38,818 bases of DNA from Candidatus Methylomirabilota bacterium (lineage in GTDB: Bacteria > Methylomirabilota > Methylomirabilia > Rokubacteriales > CSP1-6): assembly GCA_046726415.1 (NCBI GenBank), contig JBKPAK010000143.1, positions 1-38,818 on the forward strand. Direction: 5' to 3'. The first letter of the stretch is position 1. Each line of letters starts with the position of its first letter. Under the pieces are notes generated by a model. That model was not told the DNA's origin. It saw only the letters and a program-made list of their open reading frames with translations, and did no database searches. Shown piece after piece: positions 1 through 11,454 of the stretch. A program made the position numbers and the translations under genes.

Positions 1-118
1 CCACATCACCGACAACGGCATCATCCCGCTGAAGGAGCGCATGGCGGACGAGTTCTTCGACCCGGTCGTGTGGCTCCTGCGAAAGTTCCGCGGCCAGAAG
101 AAGCCCGCCGGCAGGTGA
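1..118 (+). CDS. sdhB: Succinate dehydrogenase/fumarate reductase Fe-S subunit, C-terminal fragment (runs off the left edge)
   Basis: Frame from nt 2 reads HITDNGIIPLKERMADEFFDPVVWLLRKFRGQKKPAGR* (TGA 116-118). It resembles the ITDNxxIPxKERxxD..DPVVWL tail of mycobacterial Sdh1-type Fe-S subunits and lies directly upstream of sucCD. Confidence 0.75.
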   Translation, partial: HITDNGIIPLKERMADEFFDPVVWLLRKFRGQKKPAGR

Positions 119-136
119 CGGGCGGGTGATCGCCCC

Positions 137-1303
137 GTGAAGATCCACGAGTACCAGGCCAAGGCTCTCCTGCGCGAGTTTGGCGTCGCTGTTCCCCGGG
201 GCGATGTGGCGGAGAGCCCGGCGGCGGCGCGGGCGGTGGCGCACCAGCTGGGTGGGCCCGTGGTGGTCAAGGCTCAGGTGCACGCCGGCGGCCGTGGCAA
301 GGCCGGCGGCATCAAGCCGGCCGGCGATCCGGCCAGCGCCGAGCGGGCCGCCGGTCAGATCCTCGGCATGATGCTCAAGACGCCGCAGACCCCGCCCGAG
401 GGCATCAAAGTGCGCACCGTTCTGGTGGAGGAGGCCTCGGCCATTGCGCGGGAGCGATATCTCTCCATCACCCTCGACCGCGGCCGGGGCACTCACGTTG
501 TGATCGCCTCGCCGGCGGGCGGCATGGACATCGAAGAGGTGGCCGCGGCCAGCCCGGAGAAGATCCTGCGAGAGTGGGCGCATCCGGCCCTCGGCCTTCA
601 AGAGTTCCAGGCCCGACACCTGGCCTTCGGGCTAGGCCTGACCGGTGATCAGTTCAAGCAAGGGGTGGCCCTCATCCGGAGCCTTTTTGCGCTGTATCTC
701 GCCAAGGATTGCGCGCTGGTGGAGATCAACCCCCTTGCGGTGACCGTGGATGGGCGGGTCTTCGCCCTCGACGCCAAGCTCAACTTCGACGACAACGCCC
801 TCTACCGGCACCCAGAGATCGCCAAACTCCGCGACGTCAACGAGGAAGATCCACTCGACGTGGAGGCCTCGAAGTACGGCCTCAACTACATCAAGCTCGA
901 GGGCAACGTGGGGTGCATGGTGAACGGGGCCGGCCTGGCCATGGCCACCATGGACATCATCAAGCTGGCCGGAAGTGAACCGGCGAACTTCCTTGACGTC
1001 GGGGGCGGCGCCTCACCGGAGCAGATCGAGAACGCCTTCCGCATTCTCGCCTCCGATCCCAAGGTCAAGGCCATCTTCATCAATGTCTTCGGCGGCATCC
1101 TGCGCTGTGACCGGCTGGCCGAGGGCGTGATCGCCGCCGTGAGGAAGCTCGGCCTGAGGCTGCCCGTGGTCGTCCGCATGGAGGGCACCAACGTCGAACT
1201 GGGCAGGAAGATGCTGGCGGAGTCGGGGCTGGCCCTCACCATCGCCGATGACATGGGCGACGGTGCCCGCAAGGTCGTGGCCCTCGCCCGAGGCGCGGCG
1301 TGA
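137..1303 (+). CDS. sucC: Succinyl-CoA synthetase beta subunit
   Basis: [10 protein letters not shown]-terminus, [51 protein letters not shown] overlap with sucD. Confidence 0.98.
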   Translation: MKIHEYQAKALLREFGVAVPRGDVAESPAAARAVAHQLGGPVVVKAQVHAGGRGKAGGIKPAGDPASAERAAGQILGMMLKTPQTPPEGIKVRTVLVEEASAIARERYLSITLDRGRGTHVVIASPAGGMDIEEVAAASPEKILREWAHPALGLQEFQARHLAFGLGLTGDQFKQGVALIRSLFALYLAKDCALVEINPLAVTVDGRVFALDAKLNFDDNALYRHPEIAKLRDVNEEDPLDVEASKYGLNYIKLEGNVGCMVNGAGLAMATMDIIKLAGSEPANFLDVGGGASPEQIENAFRILASDPKVKAIFINVFGGILRCDRLAEGVIAAVRKLGLRLPVVVRMEGTNVELGRKMLAESGLALTIADDMGDGARKVVALARGAA

Positions 1304-2172
1304 GTGTCCTCGCCGGTCGCTCCACGCGCGTGGTCGTTCAGGGGATCACCGGCCGCGAAGGTGCCTTTCACGCGGCGCGATGCCGCGAATACGGGACGAC
1401 GGTGGTTGGCGGCGTCACCCCGGGTAAGGGGGGCAGCACGCACGAGGGGTTCCCGGTGTGGGACACGGTGGCGGAAGCCGTCCAGAAGGAGGGAGCCGAT
1501 TGCGCCCTCATCTTCGTGCCGCCTTCGGCTGCGGCGGACGCCATCTCCGAGGCGGCCGCCGCGGGCGTGGGGCTGATCGTCTGCATCACCGAGGGTATCC
1601 CGGTGGCGGACATGGTCCGCGCCAAGCACTTCCTGGCCGGCACTACGAGCCGTCTCATCGGGCCCAACTGCCCGGGAGTCATCACGCCGGGGCAGGCCAA
1701 GATTGGCATCATGCCGGGACATATCCACAAGGCGGGACCGGTCGGCGTGGTGTCCCGGAGCGGCACCCTTACGTACGAGGTGGTGGGACAGCTCACCGGG
1801 CGGGGGATCGGTCAGTCCACCTGCGTGGGGATCGGCGGTGATCCCGTGAACGGCACCAGCTTCGTCGAAATTCTGGCGTTGTTCAACGACGACCCCGATA
1901 CGCGGGCCATCATGATGATCGGGGAGATCGGCGGGACCGCTGAGGAAGAGGGTGCCGCCTACATCAAGGCCCACGTGCGCAAGCCGGTCGTGGCGTTCAT
2001 CTGCGGCCAGACGGCCCCTCCCGGCCGCCGCATGGGGCATGCGGGCGCCATCATCGCCGGCGGCAAGGGGACCGCCGCCGAGAAAATGAAGGCACTGGCG
2101 GCCGCGGGCGCCACACTCGTCCAGAGCCCTGCCGAGATGGGAGCCACGGTGGCGAAGGTCATAGGCGGATGA
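1300..2172 (+). CDS. sucD: Succinyl-CoA synthetase alpha subunit
   Basis: [30 protein letters not shown], phosphohistidine motif RMGHAGA. Confidence 0.98.
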   Translation: MSVLAGRSTRVVVQGITGREGAFHAARCREYGTTVVGGVTPGKGGSTHEGFPVWDTVAEAVQKEGADCALIFVPPSAAADAISEAAAAGVGLIVCITEGIPVADMVRAKHFLAGTTSRLIGPNCPGVITPGQAKIGIMPGHIHKAGPVGVVSRSGTLTYEVVGQLTGRGIGQSTCVGIGGDPVNGTSFVEILALFNDDPDTRAIMMIGEIGGTAEEEGAAYIKAHVRKPVVAFICGQTAPPGRRMGHAGAIIAGGKGTAAEKMKALAAAGATLVQSPAEMGATVAKVIGG

Positions 2173-2603
2173 GCGGAGGCGTGGTGCAGCGCACCCTGGC
2201 CATCATCAAGCCGGACGCGGTGGCCAAGGGGGTGGCGGGCGAGATCATCACGCGCATCGAGCGCGCCGGGTTCACCATCGTCGCCGCCAAGATGATCCGG
2301 ATGTCCTCCGAGGCGGCCCAGGGCTTCTACATCGTCCACCGAGCGCGGCCTTTCTACGGCGGCCTCTGTGCCTTCATGACGCAGGGGCCGGTGCTGGTGC
2401 TGGCGCTGGACGGGGAGAACGCCATCGCGCGCTGGCGCGACCTCATGGGCGCGACCGATCCCGCCAAGGCGGCGCCCGGGACGATCCGCAAGGATTTCGC
2501 CTCGTCCATCGAGGCCAACGCCGTGCACGGCTCGGACTCTCCCGAGTCGGCCGCCTTCGAGATTCCGTACTTTTTCAGCGCCCTCGAACTCAGCCTGCGC
2601 TAG
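2169..2603 (+). CDS. ndk: Nucleoside diphosphate kinase (start may be GTG 2181/2184 after GGAGG)
   Basis: [22 protein letters not shown], catalytic NAVHGSDS. Confidence 0.97.
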   Translation: MSGGVVQRTLAIIKPDAVAKGVAGEIITRIERAGFTIVAAKMIRMSSEAAQGFYIVHRARPFYGGLCAFMTQGPVLVLALDGENAIARWRDLMGATDPAKAAPGTIRKDFASSIEANAVHGSDSPESAAFEIPYFFSALELSLR

Positions 2604-2604
2604 A

Positions 2605-2636
2605 CCAGCCCCTCGCTTCGCCGGGGCGCGGCTGGG
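2605..2636. terminator. GC-rich imperfect stem-loop between convergent ndk and amidase
   Basis: CCAGCC...GGCTGG encloses CCCCTCGCTTCGCCGGGG; no U-tract. Confidence 0.35.
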
Positions 2637-2659
2637 TGGCACTCGGGCCCACGGGTCGG

Positions 2660-4174
2660 CTACATGCTCCGCCAGTCTCCGCCCTGCTCGAAGGCGTGAG
2701 CGGCCCGGTAGATCGCGGCTTCGTCGTAGTGCTTGCCGATCAGCATCAGGCCCACCGGAAGCCCGTCGCTCATACCGCACGGCAGACTCATGGCCGGATG
2801 CCCGGTGGCGTCGAACGGCGCGGTGTTAGCGATCATCTCGAAGGCGCGCTGGATGGTGACCTCGCGTGGCGCGTCCGCCGGCGGCAGCGGAGTGGCCTTG
2901 ATGGGCAAGGTCGGCATCAGCAGGAGATGGCAATCGGCGAGCGCGGCGTCGTAGGCGGCGCGGAGCTTACGGCTGAGATTCTGGGCCTTCGCGTAAAAGT
3001 GGCCACGGTAGTGTTTGGTGAAGTAGTGCCCGAGCAGCATCGAGATCTTGAGCGTGTCCGACAGCTCGTCAGCCCGATGATGCCAGGCCGCATGGGCATC
3101 GAGGAGGCTGGTGATGAACAGGCCCCGCCAGTTGGTGCCCATGCCATTGCCCTTCATCATCAGCTCGGTGGCTCCCTCGAGGGCGATGGGCGACCAGATC
3201 GCCGGTCCTGCCCGGTGCATGGGGAGGGAGATCTCCTCTACGGTGGCTCCGAGCTTGCCGAACAGTTCGGCGCCCTTTCTCACCTTGACATCGACGTCAC
3301 TCTCCGAGTTCGGATGGCCGAAGCCTTCCTTGACCACGCCGATCTTGAGTCCGTTCGCCCCCTGCCCGAGCGCCTTGCTGTACTCGGCCGTCTGCGGCGC
3401 ATATTGGCGCGGGTCGAGCCCGTCGGGACCCGCGATGACCTCCAGAAGGAGCGCGTTGTCGGCCACCGTGCGGGTCATCGGCCCCGTGTGGTCGAGGGTC
3501 AGCTCGATGGGCATGATGCCGGTGTAGGGGACGAGGCCATGGGTCGGCTTCATCCCGTACGTCCCGCAGAACGAGGATGGAATGCGGATGGAGCCGCCTT
3601 GATCGCCCCCGAGCGCCATGTCGACCTCACCGGCCGCCACCACCACCGCCGAGCCCGAAGAGGAACCGCCGGCCGAGTAACCCATGCGGCGGGGATTGTG
3701 GACCGGACCGGCGGCGCCGGTGTGACTGCCACCCGAGAAGCAAAAGTACTCGCAGTGGACCTTGCCGACGATCGTGCCCCCCGCGTCGAGAATGCGGGTG
3801 ACGACGGTGGCATCCACGTCGGGCACGTAGCCTCGCAAGGTCGACGCTCCGTTCATCATCGGCACGCCGGCCAGGCAGATGTTGTCTTTGAGCGCGACCG
3901 TCTTCCCCGCCAGCTTGCCGGACGGCGCTCCCTTCACCGTGGTCTTCACGTACCAGGCGTTGTACCGGTTTTCGGCGCCCTCCGGCTGGTAACCGGGAAT
4001 GCGCGGGTACTTGACCGGCGGGAGGTAGTCAGGCATCGCATCGACGGCGTCGTAGGCGGCGAAGCTGCCCTGCATGAGGGCGAGAAATGATGCCACGTCG
4101 TCGTCGGTGAGGGTCATGCCGAGGTCGCGGGCAACGGCCTGGAGCTGCGCGGGGGTTGGTCGCTTGACGGCCAT
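2660..4174 (-). CDS. Amidase-signature family amidase, CX3C subgroup (like nitrile-hydratase-associated amidases)
   Basis: ALKDN (catalytic Lys), GGSSSGS, GGDQGGSIRIPS, CEYFC motif; SD AGGAGGA upstream on the minus strand. Confidence 0.95.
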   Translation of the reverse strand: MAVKRPTPAQLQAVARDLGMTLTDDDVASFLALMQGSFAAYDAVDAMPDYLPPVKYPRIPGYQPEGAENRYNAWYVKTTVKGAPSGKLAGKTVALKDNICLAGVPMMNGASTLRGYVPDVDATVVTRILDAGGTIVGKVHCEYFCFSGGSHTGAAGPVHNPRRMGYSAGGSSSGSAVVVAAGEVDMALGGDQGGSIRIPSSFCGTYGMKPTHGLVPYTGIMPIELTLDHTGPMTRTVADNALLLEVIAGPDGLDPRQYAPQTAEYSKALGQGANGLKIGVVKEGFGHPNSESDVDVKVRKGAELFGKLGATVEEISLPMHRAGPAIWSPIALEGATELMMKGNGMGTNWRGLFITSLLDAHAAWHHRADELSDTLKISMLLGHYFTKHYRGHFYAKAQNLSRKLRAAYDAALADCHLLLMPTLPIKATPLPPADAPREVTIQRAFEMIANTAPFDATGHPAMSLPCGMSDGLPVGLMLIGKHYDEAAIYRAAHAFEQGGDWRSM

Positions 4175-4223
4175 GACAGGTCCTCCTCTGATCCGGGCGC
4201 CCTTGACGGTTGCGTCGCGTCCG

Positions 4224-4253
4224 ATGCTAGTGACCCGCCCACCTGCGGGTCAA
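4224..4253 (-). promoter_or_regulatory. Sigma70-like promoter of the amidase, overlapped by a palindrome
   Basis: Minus strand TTGACC-18 nt-TAGCAT; TGACCCGC-N6-GCGGGTCA (4231-4252) covers the spacer and -35. Confidence 0.55.
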
Positions 4254-4375
4254 GGGCGATTCCGGGACGGGGGCGGGTCCGCCCAGCCCGTCGAGTGCCC
4301 GATCGTCCGGAGCGCGATCAGACGCAGCTCCGATCGACCGCGTCGCGGCCGATGGCTATGCTACGGTGATCGCCG

Positions 4376-5902
4376 ATGAATTTTCCGCTTCGCTTCAATG
4401 CGGCCAGCTTCTTCGTGCATCGCCACGGCGCCGAGGGACGGGGTGATCGCGTCGCCTTCCGCCACGAGGGGCGGTCGGTCACGTATGCCCAGCTGGCGGC
4501 CGACGTCGATCGCGTCGCCAGCGCTCTGGCGGGCCTGAGCGTCGAGCCCGAGCACCGCGTCCTGCTCGCCATGAGCGACTCGCCGGCCTTCGCCGCGGCC
4601 TTCTGGGGCGCGGTGAAGCTCGGGGCGGTGGCCGTCCCTGTGAACACGCTGATGGCCGCCGAGGACTATGCGTTCATCCTGGACGACAGCCGGGCCCGGG
4701 TGGCCCTCGTGGATGAAGACGTCTTGCCGCGCTTTCCGGCCCCGCGTCACGCGTGCCCCTCGCTGCGCGAGGTGATCGTGTTGGGGCGGGCCGCCGGAGG
4801 CGCGCGGTCCTGGAATGATCTTCTTGACGTCGCGAGCATGCCGCTCGATCCCGCGCCCACCGGACCCGAGGACGTCATGTACTGGGGGTATACCTCGGGG
4901 TCCACCGGTCGGCCGAAGGCCGCCGTGCACACGCATGCCAACCTGGTGGCCGCCGCCGATCTCGTCGGGGTCGGCGTGTTCGGCCTCGGCCCCGGCGACC
5001 TCGTCTTTTCCGCTTCGAAGGCGTACTTCCCCTTCGGTCTTGGCAACACGCTCTATTTTCCCGCCCGGGTGGGAGCGGCCTCACTGCTGGTGTCCGAGCG
5101 ACTCGACGCGGGGCGTCTGCTGGAGGTCATCGAGCGCGAGCGGCCGACGGTCTTCTGCGCCGTGCCCACCCTGTATGCGCGCATGCTCCAGGTCGACAAG
5201 GCGTACGACGTCTCGTCCCTCCGTCTCTGCGTTTCCTCGGGCGAGATGCTCCCGCCCGCGGTGTTCGACGCCTGGAAGGCGCGCTTCGGACTCGAGCTGG
5301 CCGACGTGATGGGCTCGACCGAGGCCCTGCACGACTTCATCGCCAGCCGGCCCGGCGCCATTCGCCGCGGATCGATCGGGCAGGTGGTCCCGGGCTTCGA
5401 GGCCCGCGTCGTCGACGACGACGGCCGCCCCGTCGAGCCGGGGACGATCGGCCACCTGCTCATCAAGGGGCCGACGACGTCCCTCTACTACTGGAAGCGC
5501 CGGGATCACACCCAGCGCGCCATGCTCGGCGAGTGGCTGCGGACCGGCGACATGGTTTCGCGAGAGGCCGACGGCTACTTTTACTTTGCCGGGCGCGGCG
5601 ATGACATGCTCAAGGTCGGTGGCCAGTGGATCTCGCCGGTGGAGATCGAAGCTCGCCTCGCCGAGCATCCGGCGGTCCTGGAGGCCGGGGTGGTGGGTCG
5701 CGAGGACCGCGATGGGCTCACGAAGCTCTGCGCGTATGTTGCGCTCACTCCGGGTGGGGCCGTCACCGAGGACGAGTTGCGGGGCTGGGTGCGCGCGGGG
5801 CTGGCCGGCTTCAAGACCCCGCGCTGGATCGAGATCGTAGCCGACCTGCCCAAGACCGCCACCGGTAAGATCCAGCGCTTCCGCCTCCGAACACCGCCCT
5901 AG
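4376..5902 (+). CDS. Benzoate-CoA ligase family AMP-dependent acyl-CoA ligase
   Basis: YTSGSTGRPK P-loop, FPFGLGN, MGSTEALH, RTGD, GRGDDMLKVGGQWISP, PKTATGKIQR. Confidence 0.93.
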   Translation: MNFPLRFNAASFFVHRHGAEGRGDRVAFRHEGRSVTYAQLAADVDRVASALAGLSVEPEHRVLLAMSDSPAFAAAFWGAVKLGAVAVPVNTLMAAEDYAFILDDSRARVALVDEDVLPRFPAPRHACPSLREVIVLGRAAGGARSWNDLLDVASMPLDPAPTGPEDVMYWGYTSGSTGRPKAAVHTHANLVAAADLVGVGVFGLGPGDLVFSASKAYFPFGLGNTLYFPARVGAASLLVSERLDAGRLLEVIERERPTVFCAVPTLYARMLQVDKAYDVSSLRLCVSSGEMLPPAVFDAWKARFGLELADVMGSTEALHDFIASRPGAIRRGSIGQVVPGFEARVVDDDGRPVEPGTIGHLLIKGPTTSLYYWKRRDHTQRAMLGEWLRTGDMVSREADGYFYFAGRGDDMLKVGGQWISPVEIEARLAEHPAVLEAGVVGREDRDGLTKLCAYVALTPGGAVTEDELRGWVRAGLAGFKTPRWIEIVADLPKTATGKIQRFRLRTPP

Positions 5903-5974
5903 CGTGCGCGCCGTCCTCGACTCTCGAACGCGATCGTGGAGCCTCGCACCGCGGCCATCGCCCTGCCAGCCCGC

Positions 5975-5983
5975 TGTTACAAT
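5975..5983 (+). promoter_or_regulatory. Extended -10 promoter (TGtTACAAT) for the remnant/accC operon
   Basis: TG-n-TACAAT about 30 nt upstream of AAAGGAGA + ATG 6015. Confidence 0.5.
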
Positions 5984-6014
5984 GCCGTCAGTCGCGTCCT
6001 CGAAAGGAGACGGC

Positions 6015-6175
6015 ATGCATCGCGCCGCCGCGATGATGGGTATCATTCAGCTGACGCTCAGCCGGCCAACGCTGGCCCATGACAGGGTCGAGGTAGGGCT
6101 GCTAACGCTGACGTCATCCGCGCCCATGGTCGAGACGTCCGTCCGGGAGGCCTTGCTCGAGGACGTCAACCACTG

Positions 6176-6176
<1 letters not shown>
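6015..6176 (+). pseudogene. Collapsed remnant of a probable NitT/TauT-type ABC substrate-binding protein gene (53 aa)
   Basis: Strong SD, decayed signal-peptide-like N-terminus, then DRVEVGLLTLTSSAP (like the 'VGxLKLTSSAP' start of such SBPs), then an abrupt C-terminal-like tail; TGATG overlap with accC. Confidence 0.5.
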
Positions 6177-7675
<1,499 letters not shown>

Positions 7676-7774
7676 CGTTGCGGGCTCCTCGGGCAAGCCA
7701 CCTGCGGTTCACCCAGTCCGCGCGCGGCCCGCTACAATGACGCCCCAGGCCCCGCGGCTTGGCGGCGGGTCCGC

Positions 7775-8275
7775 ATGAGGTTCGTCGCAACGCTCGGTCG
7801 AGAGCGCGAGCAGGTCGAGGTGACTGGCGACGAGGGCCGGTACCGCGTGGTCGTCGGCGATCGCGTGTGGCACGTCGACGCTCGCCTGAACGCTCAGGGC
7901 ATCTGTTCGCTCCTCATCGACGGTGTGTCCTACGTCGCCGATGTTGCCGATCGCGAAGGGGCGTGCGTGGTGGAGCTGGCAGGCGAGACATACACGATCG
8001 ACGTCGAGGAGGAGACGCGCCACATCATCCGCACCCGCGGAGGGACGGCGGCCGGCGAAGGCGGCCAGACCGTCCGGGCGCCGATGCCGGGCAAGATCAC
8101 CGTGGTCAAGGTGGCGCCCGGTGACGCGGTGACGTCGGGTGACACGCTGGTCGTCGTCGAGGCCATGAAGATGGAGAACGAGCTGAAGGCGGGAGGGTCG
8201 GGCACGGTGCGCGAGGTGCGCGTGCAGGCCGGCCAGGCGGTCAACCCCGGCGATGTCCTGGTGGTCATCGAGTGA
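7775..8275 (+). CDS. Biotin carboxyl carrier protein with N-terminal beta-rich (BT-like) domain
   Basis: APMPG, biotinylation motif EAMKMENE. Confidence 0.93.
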   Translation: MRFVATLGREREQVEVTGDEGRYRVVVGDRVWHVDARLNAQGICSLLIDGVSYVADVADREGACVVELAGETYTIDVEEETRHIIRTRGGTAAGEGGQTVRAPMPGKITVVKVAPGDAVTSGDTLVVVEAMKMENELKAGGSGTVREVRVQAGQAVNPGDVLVVIE

Positions 8276-8276
8276 G

Positions 8277-9029
8277 ATGAGCCCGCGTGCGCCGGAACCG
8301 GTCATCCGGTTCACTGGTGTCAACAAGCACTTCGGAAAGCTCCACGTGCTTCGCGACATTGACCTGACCGTCTCGGCCGGCGAAGTGGTCGTGGTGTGCG
8401 GTCCGTCGGGCTCTGGCAAGAGCACCCTCATCCGCTGCGTGAACGGACTCGAGGGCGTCCAGGAGGGTCAGATCGTCGTCCTCGGCCAGTCCATCACTGG
8501 GCCGGGGGTCGATCTCGTGAAGCTCCGGACTCATGTCGGCATGGTCTTCCAGTCCTTCAACCTCTTTCCCCACATGACGGCGCTGGAGAACATCACGCTG
8601 GCGCCCATGAGAGTGCGAGGCGCGCCGCGCGCCCAGGCGGAAAAGACGGCCCGCGCCCTCCTCGAACGGGTGGGGATTCCCGAAAAGGCGGCGAACCACC
8701 CGGCCAACCTCTCGGGCGGGCAGCAGCAGCGGGTGGCCATCGCACGGGCCCTGGCCATGCAGCCGGCCATCATGCTCTTTGACGAGCCGACGTCCGCCCT
8801 GGATCCGGAAATGATCAACGAAGTGCTCGACGTCATGACCTCGCTCGCCCGCGAGGGCATGACGATGATGGTCGTCACCCATGAGATGGGCTTCGCCCGC
8901 CGCGTGGCCCACCGAGTGATTTTCATGGACGGCGGGGCCATCGTGGAGCAGAACGCTCCCGCGCCGTTCTTCGCGTCGGCGCAGTCGGAACGCGCCAAGG
9001 TCTTTCTGTCGAAGATCCTCACTCATTGA
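8277..9029 (+). CDS. Polar amino acid ABC transporter ATP-binding protein (GlnQ/GltL-like)
   Basis: [46 protein letters not shown] 8277 chosen to avoid overlap with the upstream gene. Confidence 0.95.
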   Translation: MSPRAPEPVIRFTGVNKHFGKLHVLRDIDLTVSAGEVVVVCGPSGSGKSTLIRCVNGLEGVQEGQIVVLGQSITGPGVDLVKLRTHVGMVFQSFNLFPHMTALENITLAPMRVRGAPRAQAEKTARALLERVGIPEKAANHPANLSGGQQQRVAIARALAMQPAIMLFDEPTSALDPEMINEVLDVMTSLAREGMTMMVVTHEMGFARRVAHRVIFMDGGAIVEQNAPAPFFASAQSERAKVFLSKILTH

Positions 9030-9040
9030 TGGAGGTGCTC

Positions 9041-9895
9041 ATGAGACGCCTAGCCGCCCTGCTCTTCACTCTCGCATTCGTCGCCGGCCTGGCCGTCCCG
9101 GTCCTGGCCGAGACCACGCTGGAAAAGATCAATCGCACCGGTGTCCTCACCATCGGGACCCGGACCGGCTCGCCGCCCTTCGCGTACATCGACAAGAACA
9201 ACGAGTGGGTCGGCTTCACCATCGACCTCGTGGAACAGGGGGTGCTCCCAGCTGTCTCCAAGAAGGTCGGCAAGCCGGTCAAGCTGGAGAAAAAGGAATC
9301 GACTCCGCCCACGCGGATTCCGCTCCTCACCTCCAACGCCGTCGATCTCATCGCGGGGACGATGACCGATACCCTTCAGCGGCGGGAGAGCGTGGACTTC
9401 AGCGTGACCTTCTTCCTGACCGGGGCCCAGTTCATGGTGAAGAAGGGGAACCCCATCAAGGGCATCAGCGACATCGGGGGCAAGCGCATCGCCGCCCAGC
9501 AGGGCTCGACGAACGCCAAGATCATCCGCGAGCAGGTGCCCACGGCCATTCTGCGCGAGTTCCCCGATCAGCCGGCCGCCTTCCAGGCGCTGGTGCAGGG
9601 ACAGGTGGACGCGTACACCAACGACGGCATCCAACTCTATGGCCTCAAGTACAAGGCGCCAGACCCGAACGCCTACGACGTGGTGGGCGGTTTCTACTCC
9701 AAGGAGCCGTACGGTATGGCCATGCGCAAGGGGGACAAGGACTTCAAGGACGCCGTGGACGCCGGCCTCCGCACCCTGCTCGAGTCGGGCAAATACTTCG
9801 AGATCTACGAGAAATGGTTCGGGCCGAAGAGCGAGGTGCCGTACCCGATGACGCCCGAGATGAAAGAGTTCCTGCTCTCGCAGCTGAAGAAGTAA
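9041..9895 (+). CDS. Polar amino acid ABC substrate-binding protein (GltI-like)
   Basis: GGAGG SD before ATG 9041; signal peptide; PPFAY, RIPLL, TMTDTLQRRESVDFS, EPYGMAMRKGD. Confidence 0.93.
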   Translation: MRRLAALLFTLAFVAGLAVPVLAETTLEKINRTGVLTIGTRTGSPPFAYIDKNNEWVGFTIDLVEQGVLPAVSKKVGKPVKLEKKESTPPTRIPLLTSNAVDLIAGTMTDTLQRRESVDFSVTFFLTGAQFMVKKGNPIKGISDIGGKRIAAQQGSTNAKIIREQVPTAILREFPDQPAAFQALVQGQVDAYTNDGIQLYGLKYKAPDPNAYDVVGGFYSKEPYGMAMRKGDKDFKDAVDAGLRTLLESGKYFEIYEKWFGPKSEVPYPMTPEMKEFLLSQLKK

Positions 9896-9925
9896 GGGCC
9901 CAGCGCCCTCGTGAGCGCGTCAGGG

Positions 9926-10000
9926 AGTCCGAAGGACGAGCTTCCGTACCCGATCACACCCGGGGCGACGGCCTCCCCGCTCGCCCCGCTGAAGCAATAG
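9926..10000 (+). repeat. Degenerate direct copy of the 3' end of the SBP gene
   Basis: Reads PKDELPYPITPGATASPLAPLKQ* versus SBP tail PKSEVPYPMTPEMKEFLLSQLKK*; same length, no gaps, stop in the same place. Confidence 0.8.
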
Positions 10001-10022
10001 CCGGCGGCGATCCGGCCCAACC

Positions 10023-10742
10023 GTGAACTACGCGTTCACGTGGAGCGTCCTCTGGACCGGCCAATCAGGCCGCTGGTTGCTCGAGGGCGTGCTCACCACG
10101 CTGGCGCTGTCCGCGCTGGCCTGGGTCCTCGCCGCGGTCCTCGGGATCGCGGCGGGGGCGCTCAGGACCCTCCGCGTCCGTCCCCTGCGCGCGCTGGGGA
10201 CCGGCTACGTCGAGTTTTTTCGCAACGTCCCGCTCATCGTGTGGATGTTCTTCTGGTACTTCGGCGTCCCTCCGCTGTTGCCCCTCGGCGTGCAGGATTG
10301 GCTATTCAGCCACGGAGCGGAGTTCTGGGCCGGAATGTTCGCGCTGGGCGTCTACCACGGCGCCCGCATGTCCGAAGTCATTCGCTCCGGCATTCTCTCC
10401 ATCCCGCGCACCCAGTTCGAGGCGGCGCAGGCCATGGGGCTCAGCACGTGGCAGGCCTACCGACTGGTGATCCTGCCCATCGCTGTCCGGCTCATCGTGC
10501 CGCCGGCCACCAGCGAATCGCTGAATCTCCTCAAGAATTCCTCGGTGGCGCTGACCATCAGCGTGCCGGAGCTGACCTTCCAGACCCGCCAGATCGAGAC
10601 GTACACCGCCAAGGCCATCGAGGCCCTGACGGCAGGGACGCTCATCTATCTGGTGATGTGCCTGTCCATTGCCTGGATCATGGCGCGCGTGGAGCGACGC
10701 TTCGCCATTCCCGGCATGATCGCCCGGGTGGGCGGCGAGTGA
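10023..10742 (+). CDS. Polar amino acid ABC permease (GltJ-like)
   Basis: YVEFFRNVPL, SEVIRSGILSIPRTQFEAA (EAA loop), NLLKNSS. Confidence 0.94.
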   Translation: MNYAFTWSVLWTGQSGRWLLEGVLTTLALSALAWVLAAVLGIAAGALRTLRVRPLRALGTGYVEFFRNVPLIVWMFFWYFGVPPLLPLGVQDWLFSHGAEFWAGMFALGVYHGARMSEVIRSGILSIPRTQFEAAQAMGLSTWQAYRLVILPIAVRLIVPPATSESLNLLKNSSVALTISVPELTFQTRQIETYTAKAIEALTAGTLIYLVMCLSIAWIMARVERRFAIPGMIARVGGE

Positions 10743-10786
10743 TGGACCTTTCCCTTTCCGTCATCGCCCGGGTCGACGGCGGCTGA
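10742..10786 (+). other. 14-aa mini-ORF (MDLSLSVIARVDGG) coupled by TGATG at both ends; degenerate duplication of the gene junction
   Basis: ATCGCCCGGGTgggcggcgagTGATGGACCT recurs 44 nt later as ATCGCCCGGGTcgacggcggcTGATGGACCT. Confidence 0.75.
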
Positions 10787-11454
10787 TGGACCTGTCCGTC
10801 ATTGGGCAGAACTGGAAGTTCCTGATCCTCCAGGGACTCCTGGGAATCGGCACCTTTGCCGGCGGAACCCTGAGACTGGCTATCCCCGCGATCGTGCTGG
10901 GTTTTCTGCTCGGTATCTTCGTCGGGCTGGCCCGCTTGGCCCATTCACCGTGGATGCGGGGCGTGGCCACCGCCTACGTGGAGTTCTTCCGCGGCGTGCC
11001 GCTCGTCATGGTGATCTTCTGGATGTGGTTCATCATTCCGCAAGTCTTGGGCCTGCCGATCCCCGAATACGGCGTGGCCCTGGCCGCATTCGTGATCTTC
11101 GAGGCCGCCTACTTCGGCGAGATCGTGAGGGCGGGCGTGCAGTCCGTCCCTCGGGGGCAGATCGAGGCCGCCCGCGCGATCGGGCTGACTGGCCCGCAGA
11201 CCATGCGAATGGTCGTCCTCCCTCAGGCGCTGCGCAACATGGTGCCCTCGCTGGTCACCCAGATGATCGTGCTGTTCAAGGACACGTCGCTGGCGTCCAT
11301 CATCGGCTACGTCGATCTCACCAAGGCCGCCCAGATCGTCAACAACCGCGAGATCAAGCCGTTCCAGCTCTACCTCTTCATCGCGGTCGTGTACTGGCTG
11401 TGCGCGTACTCGATGTCAGTGGTGGCGCGCCGGCTGGAGAAGAAACCGGGGTGA
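10786..11454 (+). CDS. Polar amino acid ABC permease (GltK-like)
   Basis: YVEFFRGVPL, GEIVRAGVQSVPRGQIEAA, FKDTSLAS. Confidence 0.94.
   Translation: MDLSVIGQNWKFLILQGLLGIGTFAGGTLRLAIPAIVLGFLLGIFVGLARLAHSPWMRGVATAYVEFFRGVPLVMVIFWMWFIIPQVLGLPIPEYGVALAAFVIFEAAYFGEIVRAGVQSVPRGQIEAARAIGLTGPQTMRMVVLPQALRNMVPSLVTQMIVLFKDTSLASIIGYVDLTKAAQIVNNREIKPFQLYLFIAVVYWLCAYSMSVVARRLEKKPG

Noticed and set aside
125-133. GGTGATC/GTGATC shortly before several starts (sucC, 4376, 33752) as a novel motif
   Set aside because: It is complementary to the inner part of the 16S anti-SD region (AGGAGGTGATC), so it is an ordinary SD variant
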